Source: Cyclobacteriaceae bacterium (GTDB lineage Bacteria; Bacteroidota; Bacteroidia; Cytophagales; Cyclobacteriaceae). Taken from it: 64,000 nucleotides of DNA. The notes under the pieces are model-generated. The model saw only the letters and a program-made list of their open reading frames with translations. It searched no databases and was not told the DNA's origin. The stretch lies in contig DAIQOI010000004.1 in the NCBI GenBank assembly GCA_036787955.1, positions 169,794 to 233,793 on the forward strand. Reading direction: 5' to 3'. Shown here piece by piece: positions 30,711 through 39,748 of this stretch (positions are counted from its first letter, which is position 1; every line of letters begins with the position of its first letter). Made by a program: the position numbers and the translations under genes.

Positions 30711-31796
30711 ATGAAAAAATTGCTTGCCATCTGCCTGATAACCGGATTTGCTGCACCCGTGTTGGCGCAGGAATATGATGATATGTATTTCCGGGCCAGA
30801 GACCGGAAAAGACCTGCTACTTCCGAGCCGGCCTTTGTGAGCAACTACGAAAACTTTAAACGCCAGCATTTCCCGGAAACGGCTCAGGAAACCATTAACC
30901 CTACCGACAGTTATTCTGCCCGGCAGTTAAACCCTGAGTTTTCTGCCCGCAGCCTGTCGGACGTTGCCACTGCAGATGAAGAAAATTATTTTGTTGAAAA
31001 CTTCAGGCCTTCTTCAACCGCTTCGGTTCCTTTCAATAACTCTTACTATTTTAATAATCCGTGGAACAATCCCTGGGGAATGGGTTGGTATAGCTCAGCA
31101 TGGGCACGGCCCTGGCAAAATCCCTGGTATTGGGGTTACTATGATCCCTGGATGAATCCTTGGATGAACCCCTGGATGCCGGGTGGCGGATGGGGATGGA
31201 CTCCAGGATGGAACTACGGGTTTAACAGCCTGTGGGCGCCCGGCTTCAGTGGCTGGACAGTTTCAGTAGGTTATTCCTGGGGAAATGCCTGGGGCAATGC
31301 ATGGTGTTCACCCTACTGGAATTCGTGGGGTATGTGGAACAATTGGGGTATTTGGAACAGGCCTGTTTTTTGGGGCTGGGGTAATGAGATCAGAAATGTT
31401 AACTATGGCAAGCGTTATTCACAAACCAATGCTGTGGCAGGCGATGTGCGCCAGCACTATACCACCTCACCGCGTCAAGCCAATCCAAATTCAAACATAA
31501 ATACCAGCTCACCCTCCGGGCGTACCCGTGGTGATAACAACGAATACTATGTGCCTCCTGCACGCCGGTCAGCACCGGTGCGGCAGGGCACGAATACCTT
31601 ACGCGATACTGATTATCAGCAGAGGACTCCGGCACGTCAGTGGAATAATAATCCCGACTTTAACCGCAGTCCGGGTAATCTGAACAACAGCCGTCCTTCT
31701 TACTCGATTCCTTCGCGCAGCAGCGGTTCATTCAGTCCGGGTGGTGGCGCAAGGCCTTCTGCTCCTTCGGGTGGTGGCCGGCGCGGAGGTCAGTAA
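30711..31796 (+). CDS. Secreted, extremely Trp-rich low-complexity protein (361 aa), no recognised family
   Basis: The signal peptide is MKKLLAICLITGFAAPVLAQ. I count 25 Trp between about residues 118 and 224. The C-terminal tail is rich in R/S/P/N/G. The frame stays open through the repeat-like DNA. Confidence 0.75.
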   Translation: MKKLLAICLITGFAAPVLAQEYDDMYFRARDRKRPATSEPAFVSNYENFKRQHFPETAQETINPTDSYSARQLNPEFSARSLSDVATADEENYFVENFRPSSTASVPFNNSYYFNNPWNNPWGMGWYSSAWARPWQNPWYWGYYDPWMNPWMNPWMPGGGWGWTPGWNYGFNSLWAPGFSGWTVSVGYSWGNAWGNAWCSPYWNSWGMWNNWGIWNRPVFWGWGNEIRNVNYGKRYSQTNAVAGDVRQHYTTSPRQANPNSNINTSSPSGRTRGDNNEYYVPPARRSAPVRQGTNTLRDTDYQQRTPARQWNNNPDFNRSPGNLNNSRPSYSIPSRSSGSFSPGGGARPSAPSGGGRRGGQ

Positions 31797-31826
31797 ATCA
31801 TCTCAAATAAAAACCGGGCGGTAAAA

Positions 31827-33380
31827 ATGCTTTTCAGGTTGTATAAAGGCCTGTGTGCTCTAACAATATGTTTACCCGCAGCGCTGTTTGCCCAGGGTTT
31901 TGTAGAAAACGGGTTGTTGTTCAGCCGCACGCAGCCAGGGGGCAGTGCACGCATGCAGGCAATGGGTGGTGCCCAGGTGGCGCTGGGAGGTGATTACAGC
32001 TCGGCCCTATCCAACCCTGCAGGACTGGGAATGTTTAACCGGTCGGAATTCACCCTCACACCGGCCCTCTCTATGAATGACATACATGCCGATCACCTTG
32101 CCACCAATACCTTCAATTCAGCGCAACGGTTTACCCTACCAGGTGCGAGCTACGTGGTTCATAAGCCCGGATCCGACAGCAAATTTCCGGGAAGCTCGCT
32201 GGGAATTACTGTAACCCGAATCAATTCATTTAACAACGATTTCAGCTATCGCGGCACAGACAACCTTTCATCCATAACCGACTGGTTCATAGAACGTGCA
32301 ACAGGTTTTGCTCCTGAACAACTTCCAGCACCGCACAATAATATCCCGTTGCTGAATTTTGATGAAATTATCGGTCAGGCGTATCTCACATTTCTGACCA
32401 ACACCTTTGCCGATGATCCGAACAACACCTCGCCCGTAATGCCCGATGATTACATTCATTATTATTCCGAACTCGAAAACCTTCCGGGTGAGACGCGCAC
32501 ATTAAATCGGTCGGGCAATGTAAAAACCCGCGGAGCGCAATACCAGTGGTCCCTTGCTTATGGTGGCAATTATCAGGACAAATTGTTTTACGGTGCAAAC
32601 TTCAGCATTCATACGCTTCGGTACGAGTTTGACCGCCTGTACCGCGAAGACAGTTTTTCTTTCAGCGAAGATCCCGGATATAATCCACTGGATTACCTGG
32701 AACTGAGCGAGCGGATTAGTATTGAAGGGTCAGGCGTTAGCTTTACGTTGGGCCTTATCTACCGCCCCATGGACAATCTTCAAATGGGCCTGTCGTGGGC
32801 CACACCTGCCTGGTATCAGCTCACCGATGCCTATTCCTCTTCCGTCACAGCCCGATGGAATGATACACGCGGAACCATTACTGAAGAAAGCGCAAGGCCG
32901 CTGGTTTCGGAATATGGCTTTCGCACACCTGCACGTTTTTCCATGGGCGCTGCGTGTTTCATTGGCAATCACGGCTTCATTGCAGCCGACCTCGAATGGC
33001 TGAATTTTGGCAGGGCGCGTTACCGATCGCAGGTTGCAGGAATTGATTTTACCCCCGAAAATGAAGGGATAAGAAATAACTTTAAAAATGTAATGAACTA
33101 CCGGATGGGCGCTGAATTCAGGAAAGATATTTTCCGCCTGCGGGCAGGATTTAACTACCAGGCCAATCCGCTTATCAGCACCCTGGCCAACTACCGCATC
33201 ATCACTTACAGTGCCGGTGCCGGCATCCGGCTGAAAACTTTTTATGCCGACCTTGCCGTGTTGCGCAACAGCGACAATAGCCGTTACAGTCCTTATGTTT
33301 TTTCTGACGGCACCGGACCTGCAGTTGAATTGTCGCGGGCCATCACAACCATCATGACAACAATCGGATTTACTTTCTGA
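31827..33380 (+). CDS. Outer-membrane beta-barrel protein, FadL/TodX/PorV-like
   Basis: There is a signal peptide, an N-terminal GGSARMQAMGGAQVALGGDYSSALSNPAGLG hatch-like motif and a terminal aromatic (...TTIGFTF). It starts 30 nt after the Trp-rich gene. Confidence 0.65.
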   Translation: MLFRLYKGLCALTICLPAALFAQGFVENGLLFSRTQPGGSARMQAMGGAQVALGGDYSSALSNPAGLGMFNRSEFTLTPALSMNDIHADHLATNTFNSAQRFTLPGASYVVHKPGSDSKFPGSSLGITVTRINSFNNDFSYRGTDNLSSITDWFIERATGFAPEQLPAPHNNIPLLNFDEIIGQAYLTFLTNTFADDPNNTSPVMPDDYIHYYSELENLPGETRTLNRSGNVKTRGAQYQWSLAYGGNYQDKLFYGANFSIHTLRYEFDRLYREDSFSFSEDPGYNPLDYLELSERISIEGSGVSFTLGLIYRPMDNLQMGLSWATPAWYQLTDAYSSSVTARWNDTRGTITEESARPLVSEYGFRTPARFSMGAACFIGNHGFIAADLEWLNFGRARYRSQVAGIDFTPENEGIRNNFKNVMNYRMGAEFRKDIFRLRAGFNYQANPLISTLANYRIITYSAGAGIRLKTFYADLAVLRNSDNSRYSPYVFSDGTGPAVELSRAITTIMTTIGFTF

Positions 33381-33870
33381 GGATGGTCAACAGCCGTACC
33401 ACCGCATCCAGGTCACCGTCAGAAATCCTGAACTTTGCCTTGCTGTACACCGGCAACCGTGTTTCGAGTAGCTGTTGCATCTTCTGCAAAGCATCGCATC
33501 CCTTCAGCAGCGGGCGTTTCTGAATTTCTTCATGGGTGAATCGTTCAAGAATTTTCTGAACAGGAACATCCAGAAAAACAGTTATACCGGCATCGTTCAT
33601 GTAGCTCAAATTATCATAATAACAGGGCGTTCCGCCTCCGGTAGCCATTACAAACGAGTCTTCTTTTTGAGATATTTTTCTGAGCACAGCCGCTTCGGAC
33701 TTCCGGAAGTATGGCTCGCCTTTTTTTTCAAAAATTTCCTGTACCGAAGTTTTTTCTTCTGCTTCAATACAGCGGTCTAAATCAAAAAAAGGATATTGCA
33801 TGGAATCGGCCAGTTGCCTGCCCAGCGTGCTTTTACCGCTTCCGGGTAAACCGATGATGAAAATCTTCAC
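33370..33870 (-). CDS. aroK: Shikimate kinase
   Basis: The Walker A motif GLPGSGKST, the LAD...FFDLD motif and the size (166 aa) fit. The 3' end overlaps the convergent barrel gene by 11 nt. Confidence 0.9.
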   Translation of the reverse strand: MKIFIIGLPGSGKSTLGRQLADSMQYPFFDLDRCIEAEEKTSVQEIFEKKGEPYFRKSEAAVLRKISQKEDSFVMATGGGTPCYYDNLSYMNDAGITVFLDVPVQKILERFTHEEIQKRPLLKGCDALQKMQQLLETRLPVYSKAKFRISDGDLDAVVRLLTILRK

Positions 33871-35018
33871 GGCTTTTTAATAAGCTCTATTATTTCATCT
33901 GCTGATGGGGTGTCATTGTGATGCCACATTCCTTTAACGGTACCGTTGACCCAAAGTGTAATACCCGGATTGGACCGAACAATGGTCTTCAGCACGGTGG
34001 CATCGGCAAAGTAGAACGGTGCGGCAAGCTGATGTGCATGGCGAAAAGATTCAAACTCCGCTTCGGGTGAAGCGGTGAGTATCATAACCTCGGCGTATCC
34101 TTCAACACCTTTTATCAAATCGCGTATGCGCGAAAGATTGGCTGTTGAAGCCTTTGCTGCATTCTGAATGATAATCAGCAATTTTACCCCTTCGAACGTT
34201 TCCTGCGTTGCATCCTTGCCGTTTACATCGGTTACAGAGTAATCGGTGATTTTTGGCCGGTCGCCTACCCGAACTACCTTGTCGATCCGGTCAACAAATT
34301 CATAAGTAGAATCAACCCGGCTCAGTTCATGCATGGTCAGTTCTACGGTTTTGCCGCCCGTTCGGTAAATAAAGGTCATCACCACGCTGTCGCGCCTGGC
34401 TCCTGGCGGCAGTTTCATCTGCTCGGGAATGTTGTTGCCGATTTTGTACGGCCGGAAGTCAATGAAAGGCAGGTGGCGAATGGCGTAAATTCCCAGAAAA
34501 AAACTGATGGCCGTAACCGCCCCGATAACGACATGCCCCTCCATGGTACGCAAAACCGGTGTGTAGGTTTTTCTGTAAAAGAATAAGTGCAGTATAAAAA
34601 CCAACAGCACCAGATCTTTATAAAACGACTGCCAGGGTGTGAGTTTGATGGCATCGCCAAAACAGCCGCAATCGGTTACTTTATTGAAGATGGCCGAATA
34701 GCCGGTAAGAAAGGTGAAGAATACAATGAGCGCCAGCAAAACCGAAGCGGTAAGTTTCATCCGGTAGTGAAGGAGCACGGCCACTCCCAGCACCACTTCA
34801 AGCACCACCAGTAGCAGTCCGATTTCAAGAGAGTAGGGTATGAAAACGCGGAATACTGGGTGAAAGTCAGTGGCAAATACTTCGAAGTATTCTTCGAGCT
34901 TGATTTCCGTACCCACAGGATCATTCAGTTTTATCAAACCGGAGAAAATAAAAAGACCGCCCACCAATATGCGTGCAACGGGATCAACTATTTTCTTTAT
35001 TCGATAAACGATGTTCAT
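33867..35018 (-). CDS. MauE/DoxX-like membrane domain fused to a thioredoxin-fold-like C-terminal domain (BT_3928-like)
   Basis: The N-terminal part is polytopic and carries the CGCFGD motif. The C-terminal part of about 200 aa is soluble and I see no CxxC in it. There are 4-nt overlaps with both neighbours. Confidence 0.65.
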   Translation of the reverse strand: MNIVYRIKKIVDPVARILVGGLFIFSGLIKLNDPVGTEIKLEEYFEVFATDFHPVFRVFIPYSLEIGLLLVVLEVVLGVAVLLHYRMKLTASVLLALIVFFTFLTGYSAIFNKVTDCGCFGDAIKLTPWQSFYKDLVLLVFILHLFFYRKTYTPVLRTMEGHVVIGAVTAISFFLGIYAIRHLPFIDFRPYKIGNNIPEQMKLPPGARRDSVVMTFIYRTGGKTVELTMHELSRVDSTYEFVDRIDKVVRVGDRPKITDYSVTDVNGKDATQETFEGVKLLIIIQNAAKASTANLSRIRDLIKGVEGYAEVMILTASPEAEFESFRHAHQLAAPFYFADATVLKTIVRSNPGITLWVNGTVKGMWHHNDTPSADEIIELIKKP

Positions 35019-35566
35019 ATCTTTTTCTGTTCATCCAAAAGTATGAGTGCAAAAACCGCATAGTTGATAATATCCTGATAGTTGGCCTTTACCCCTTCGC
35101 TTATCAGCGTATTGCCATCGTTGTTTTCAATCTGCTTGATGCGCATCAGCTTCATCAGAATGATATCGGTAATGGAAGATACGCGCATCTCGCGCCAGGC
35201 TTCACCGTAATCGTGATTCTTCTTCAGCTGCAAAGCGAAGGTTTCGTCAATAACCTGATCAAACCATTTTTCCACTTCTTCTGCCGTAAGTTCCAGATTC
35301 GGGTTATTGATCAACTCAAGCTGTATGAGGGCAATGACCCCGTAATTGATCAACGCCATAAATTCATCGGCCACTGAATCGCTCACCTGCTGTACGCCTT
35401 TTTCCTGAATACTGCGGATGCGTTGGGCTTTGATAAACAACTGGTCGGTGATGGAAGGCATGCGCAGAATACGCCAGGCTGTGCCATAGTCTTTTGTTTT
35501 TTTCAAAAACAAGGCTTTGCAGGCGTTTATCACCTTTCTATATTGGACTTCAGTACCGGACATCAT
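35015..35566 (-). CDS. DUF1599 domain protein (two tandem DUF1599 repeats)
   Basis: The pattern KDYGTAWRILRMPSITDQLFIKAQRIRSIQ repeats as HDYGEAWREMRVSSITDIILMKLMRIKQIE. I set the start at ATG 35566 rather than the track's 35662, which would overlap folP. Confidence 0.75.
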   Translation of the reverse strand: MMSGTEVQYRKVINACKALFLKKTKDYGTAWRILRMPSITDQLFIKAQRIRSIQEKGVQQVSDSVADEFMALINYGVIALIQLELINNPNLELTAEEVEKWFDQVIDETFALQLKKNHDYGEAWREMRVSSITDIILMKLMRIKQIENNDGNTLISEGVKANYQDIINYAVFALILLDEQKKI

Positions 35567-36455
35567 GATTTCAGCGGGGCAAAATACGGCATTTTCAACG
35601 AACCGCACACTGAACGCGGGCGGCAGGCTGCTGGTACTTGAACCACCGCTGGTAATGGGCATTCTTAATGTTACCCCCGACAGTTTTTACAGCGCCAGCC
35701 GCTTAACGGAAGAAAAAAATCTGCTGCAAAAGGCCGGCCAGATGCTGGAAGACGGTGCCGCCATCCTCGATGTGGGCGGCTACTCTTCGCGCCCGGGTGC
35801 TGCCGATGTGGGCATGGAAGAAGAACTGAAACGGGTTATTCCGGCCGTGAAAGCACTGCACAAACATTTCCCGGGCTGTATTCTTTCCATCGACACCTTC
35901 CGTGCCGAGGTAGCACGGCAGGCAATGGAAGAAGGGGCGTTAATCGTCAACGATATTTCAGGTGGCCAGCGCGATGAAGCCATGATTCCGGTGGTAGCAC
36001 AAAAACAAGTGCCTTACATCTGTATGCACATGCGCGGCACACCGCAAAATATGATGCAGCACACGGTTTATACCGACCTGATGGGGGAACTACTGGATTA
36101 CTTCCACCACCGTATATCCGTTTTACAGCGTGCCGGCATGAAAGACATCCTTATTGATCCCGGCTTTGGTTTTGCCAAAACACCGGAACAGAATTTTGAA
36201 CTGCTCAGCCGCCTGGAGCTGCTTCATCTTACCGGCAAACCCCTGCTGGCCGGACTATCGCGCAAATCCATGATCTGGAAAACCCTGCACATAACACCCG
36301 ATGAGGCACTAAGCGGCACCACCGCCCTGCACATGGTGGCCCTGCTGAAAGGTGCTTCCATCTTGCGCGTGCACGATGTAAAAGAAGCTGTACAGGTGGT
36401 AAAACTTTTTACACAACTGCGCAAAGCCGAAGCGGTAATTCCACACCGTATTTAG
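35565..36455 (+). CDS. folP: Dihydropteroate synthase
   Basis: Motifs present are VMGILNVTPDSF, ILDVGGYSSRPG, SIDTF, IVNDISG and PGFGFAKT. I chose ATG 35565 as the start. The track's 35517 is an upstream extension. Confidence 0.92.
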   Translation: MISAGQNTAFSTNRTLNAGGRLLVLEPPLVMGILNVTPDSFYSASRLTEEKNLLQKAGQMLEDGAAILDVGGYSSRPGAADVGMEEELKRVIPAVKALHKHFPGCILSIDTFRAEVARQAMEEGALIVNDISGGQRDEAMIPVVAQKQVPYICMHMRGTPQNMMQHTVYTDLMGELLDYFHHRISVLQRAGMKDILIDPGFGFAKTPEQNFELLSRLELLHLTGKPLLAGLSRKSMIWKTLHITPDEALSGTTALHMVALLKGASILRVHDVKEAVQVVKLFTQLRKAEAVIPHRI

Positions 36456-36468
36456 TACTTTTGTAAAG

Positions 36469-37326
36469 ATGATACTGCTGTTTAAAATCGGTTTTCTGGA
36501 TGTAACATGGGTTGACCTGGTGGACATCGGCCTGGTGAGTATACTGTTGTATCAGGTATATAAACTTATCCGTGGCAGTATTGCGGTCAATATTTTTCTC
36601 GGCATCCTTGCCCTGTATCTCATTTACCTGATTGTGCGCGCAGCACAAATGGAACTGCTGGCGACCATTCTCGGGCAATTCATGGGCGTGGGCGTGCTGG
36701 CCATGATCATCCTCTTTCAGCCTGAAATCAGAAAGTTTTTGCTGGTTATCGGCCGCAGTACCGAATTCCGGGAAAATATCTTCAGAAACATCGCACATTG
36801 GCGCAACAGCTATACCGATGACTTCGATGTGCGCGAAGTGATTGAAGCCGTTAAAACACTGAAGGCCACGCGTACCGGTGCACTGATAGTTTTTTCGCGC
36901 GACACGGAACTGAAGTTTTATGCCGAAACAGGGGAGCCGCTGGATGCTGAAGTAACAAAACCGCTGCTGCTATCTATCTTTAACAAACACAGCCCGCTGC
37001 ACGACGGAGCAGTTATTATTTTTAAAGGACGCATCAAAGCTGCCCGTTGTGTTTTACCGGTAAGTGAAAACGACAACCTGCCTCCGCATTTCGGCATGCG
37101 GCACCGCTCGGCCGTTGGCATGTCGGAAGCAACCGACACATTGGTGCTGGCCGTATCAGAAGAAACCGGCAGGGTAATACTGGCACGCAACGGCAAATAC
37201 CTGCGCGGGCTGAAACTTAAACAGGTGGAGCAGCGCATACTCGATTACTTCCATTATTCCGAACCTGCCAACTGGGAGGATCTTACTGAAGAAGAGACCC
37301 GCGAATTGCGGTCATCAGCTGCGTAA
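36469..37326 (+). CDS. cdaA: Diadenylate cyclase CdaA (c-di-AMP synthase)
   Basis: Three N-terminal TM helices are followed by a DAC domain with GALIVFSRD, PLHDGAVII and GMRHRSAVGMSE...DTLVLAVSEETG. Confidence 0.9.
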   Translation: MILLFKIGFLDVTWVDLVDIGLVSILLYQVYKLIRGSIAVNIFLGILALYLIYLIVRAAQMELLATILGQFMGVGVLAMIILFQPEIRKFLLVIGRSTEFRENIFRNIAHWRNSYTDDFDVREVIEAVKTLKATRTGALIVFSRDTELKFYAETGEPLDAEVTKPLLLSIFNKHSPLHDGAVIIFKGRIKAARCVLPVSENDNLPPHFGMRHRSAVGMSEATDTLVLAVSEETGRVILARNGKYLRGLKLKQVEQRILDYFHYSEPANWEDLTEEETRELRSSAA

Positions 37327-37358
37327 CAGGGTAAGGCATCGGGCTTCCCGCGCCAAAT

Positions 37359-38555
37359 TTACTTCACTACGCCCAACTCCTGCCCTGCCTCAGCGAATGC
37401 CTGAATAGCTTTATCCAGATGATGCTTTTCATGCGCAGCCGACAGTTGCACGCGGATGCGCGCCTGGCCTTTGGGTACCACCGGATAGAAGAAGCCGATA
37501 ACATAAATACCTTTATCCAGCAGCCGGTCGGCAAATTGCTGGGCCAGCGGTGCATCGTACAACATGATGGGTACGATGGGATGCTCACCGGGTTTGATGT
37601 CGAAGCCTGCTTTGGTCATCTCACTGCGGAAGTAGCGGGTATTCTGCTCCAGCTTGTCGCGCAGTGCTGTGGTTTCGCTCAGCATGTTAAAAACTTCAAT
37701 CGAGGCCCCTACAATGGCGGGCGCCAGGGTGTTGCTGAATAAGTAGGGGCGCGAACGTTGCCGCAGCATCTCAATGATTTCTTTTCGACCTGATGTAAAA
37801 CCTCCCGAAGCACCACCCAATGCTTTGCCCAGCGTGCCGGTGATGATATCTACGCGTTCCATCACATTGCGGTATTCCGGTACACCGCGACCGGTTTTAC
37901 CAATAAAGCCGGTAGCATGGCATTCGTCCGTCATCACCAGCGCCTCGTATTTATCTGCCAGGTCGCAAATCTTATCCAGCTGCGCAATGGTACCGTCCAT
38001 GGAAAAGGCGCCATCAGTAACAATGATTATCTGCCTGGCTCCGGCAGTACGCGCTTCTTTCAGTTGCTTTTCAAGATCATCCATGTCGTTGTGCCGGTAG
38101 CGGTAGCGCATGGCCTTGCACAGCCGCACACCGTCAATTATTGAAGCATGGTTGAGTTCATCCGAAACAATGGCATCCTCAGCGCCAAGCAAGGGTTCAA
38201 ACACACCTCCGTTGGCATCGAAGGCGGCCGCATATAATATAGTGTCTTCCATGCCGAGGAACTGTGAAATCTTTTGCTCCAGTTCCTTATGAATATCCTG
38301 CGTTCCGCAGATAAAACGCACTGACGACATGCCGAAACCGTGGGTATCGATGGCGCGCTTGGCTGCTTCAATTACGCGTGGGTGCGATGACAAACCCAGG
38401 TAATTGTTGGCGCAAAAATTAATGACCTGTTTACCACCCTGTATGGTGATATCAGCGCCCTGCGGTGAGGTAATGATACGCTCCTTCTTATACAATCCAG
38501 CTTCGCGAATAGAGGCGAGTTCCTTTTGCAATACGGGTTGAAAAGTGCGGTACAT
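37359..38555 (-). CDS. kbl: Glycine C-acetyltransferase (2-amino-3-ketobutyrate CoA ligase)
   Basis: It appears collinear with E. coli Kbl as I remember it ([40 protein letters not shown], the PLP-Lys region [14 protein letters not shown], and [14 protein letters not shown]). Confidence 0.93.
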   Translation of the reverse strand: MYRTFQPVLQKELASIREAGLYKKERIITSPQGADITIQGGKQVINFCANNYLGLSSHPRVIEAAKRAIDTHGFGMSSVRFICGTQDIHKELEQKISQFLGMEDTILYAAAFDANGGVFEPLLGAEDAIVSDELNHASIIDGVRLCKAMRYRYRHNDMDDLEKQLKEARTAGARQIIIVTDGAFSMDGTIAQLDKICDLADKYEALVMTDECHATGFIGKTGRGVPEYRNVMERVDIITGTLGKALGGASGGFTSGRKEIIEMLRQRSRPYLFSNTLAPAIVGASIEVFNMLSETTALRDKLEQNTRYFRSEMTKAGFDIKPGEHPIVPIMLYDAPLAQQFADRLLDKGIYVIGFFYPVVPKGQARIRVQLSAAHEKHHLDKAIQAFAEAGQELGVVK

Positions 38556-38578
38556 AAATTAATTGATAAAACTTGCGG

Positions 38579-38586
38579 CAAAGTTA
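38579..38586 (-). promoter_or_regulatory. Candidate -7 box (TAnnTTTG) for kbl
   Basis: The minus strand reads TAACTTTG, 23 nt upstream of the start at 38555. Confidence 0.4.
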
Positions 38587-38645
38587 ACCGCTTTGACTGA
38601 AGCACAAGGCCGTTTATCCCTTCAAAAATTTCTAACTTGCGCACG

Positions 38646-39605
38646 ATGAGAAAGCAAAAAATTCTGGTTATTGGTGCCGGCGGACAACTTGGCACCGAGC
38701 TGGTGCAGGCCTTATGGAAAGTATATGGCGAAGAAAACGTGATTGCCACCGATATCAGAGATCCGCAGGGCATACTGGCGCGCGCACGCTTTGAGATACT
38801 CGATGTGCTGAAGCAGAAGCATCTTTTTGACTTTATCAGGAAAAACGAAATCACGCAGATTTATCACCTGGCGGCTGTCTTATCTGCTACCGGTGAAAAG
38901 AACCCCAAGTTTGCCTGGCACCTGAATATGGACGGCCTTATCCATGTACTGGATGCTGCCGTAGAATTTCGGATTGAAAAAGTTTACTGGCCCAGTTCCA
39001 TAGCCGTGTTTGGTCCGGCTACACCAAAGCACAACACGCCCCAGGATACCGTGACAAGCCCCACCACTATTTACGGAATCAGTAAACTGGCTGGAGAATG
39101 CTGGTGCGAATGGTACCACCGCAACAAGGGTGTGGATGTGCGCAGTTTACGCTATCCGGGCCTTATTGGCTACAAATCCAAACCCGGCGGAGGCACTACC
39201 GACTATGCCGTGGATATATTCTTCAAAGCCATTCAGGAAAAAAAATATGAGTGCTTCCTGAAACCCGACACCTACCTGCCCATGATGTATATGGACGATG
39301 CCGTAAAAGCCACCCTGGATTTAATGGAAGCACCGGCCGAAAAAATTAAGGTGCGGTCCAGCTACAACATTGCTGCCATGAGTTTTTCTCCGGCCGAAAT
39401 TGCTGCAGAAATAAAGAAGCACATTCCGGATTTTGAAATTACCTATAACCCCGACTTCCGGCAGGCCATTGCCGACAGCTGGCCCAAATCCATTGACGAC
39501 TCCCGTGCCCGCCAGGACTGGGGCTGGCAACACCGGTTTGGCCTGAAAGAAATGACCAAAGAAATTTTAGAGCACCTCCCCGCCCTGCTGGCACAGGAGG
39601 CTTAG
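38646..39605 (+). CDS. tdh: L-threonine 3-dehydrogenase, short-chain (UDP-glucose 4-epimerase-like) type
   Basis: The Rossmann motif VIGAGGQLG and the catalytic YGISK are present, and the gene is divergent from kbl. The track ORF starts at TTG 38637, and ATG 38646 gives MRKQKILVIG. Confidence 0.75.
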   Translation: MRKQKILVIGAGGQLGTELVQALWKVYGEENVIATDIRDPQGILARARFEILDVLKQKHLFDFIRKNEITQIYHLAAVLSATGEKNPKFAWHLNMDGLIHVLDAAVEFRIEKVYWPSSIAVFGPATPKHNTPQDTVTSPTTIYGISKLAGECWCEWYHRNKGVDVRSLRYPGLIGYKSKPGGGTTDYAVDIFFKAIQEKKYECFLKPDTYLPMMYMDDAVKATLDLMEAPAEKIKVRSSYNIAAMSFSPAEIAAEIKKHIPDFEITYNPDFRQAIADSWPKSIDDSRARQDWGWQHRFGLKEMTKEILEHLPALLAQEA

Positions 39606-39651
39606 GATGTATGTTAAATACATGAATCTGGCTGCCCCTCTCGAAGCGTAT

Positions 39652-39678
39652 CCTGCGGGAGACGCTGCGAAGGCCTAA
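39652..39678 (+). repeat. Left copy of an imperfect 27-nt direct repeat flanking the low-GC islet
   Basis: CCTGCGGGAGACGCTGCGAAGGCCTAA compared with 40433..40459 CCCGCAGCGAACACTGCAAAGGCTTAA gives 19/27 identical by my count. Confidence 0.4.
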
Positions 39679-39748
39679 TGTTGTAAAATTTATACCCTAT
39701 CCGAAAGACCCAGGTCATCATTTAGAAATAAAGCAGAACTAAAGCATT

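Noticed and set aside
38372-38854. A 160-aa minus-strand ORF across the kbl/tdh divergent region.
   Set aside because: It overlaps both well-supported genes out of frame, and its composition is Ser/Cys/Arg-rich junk.
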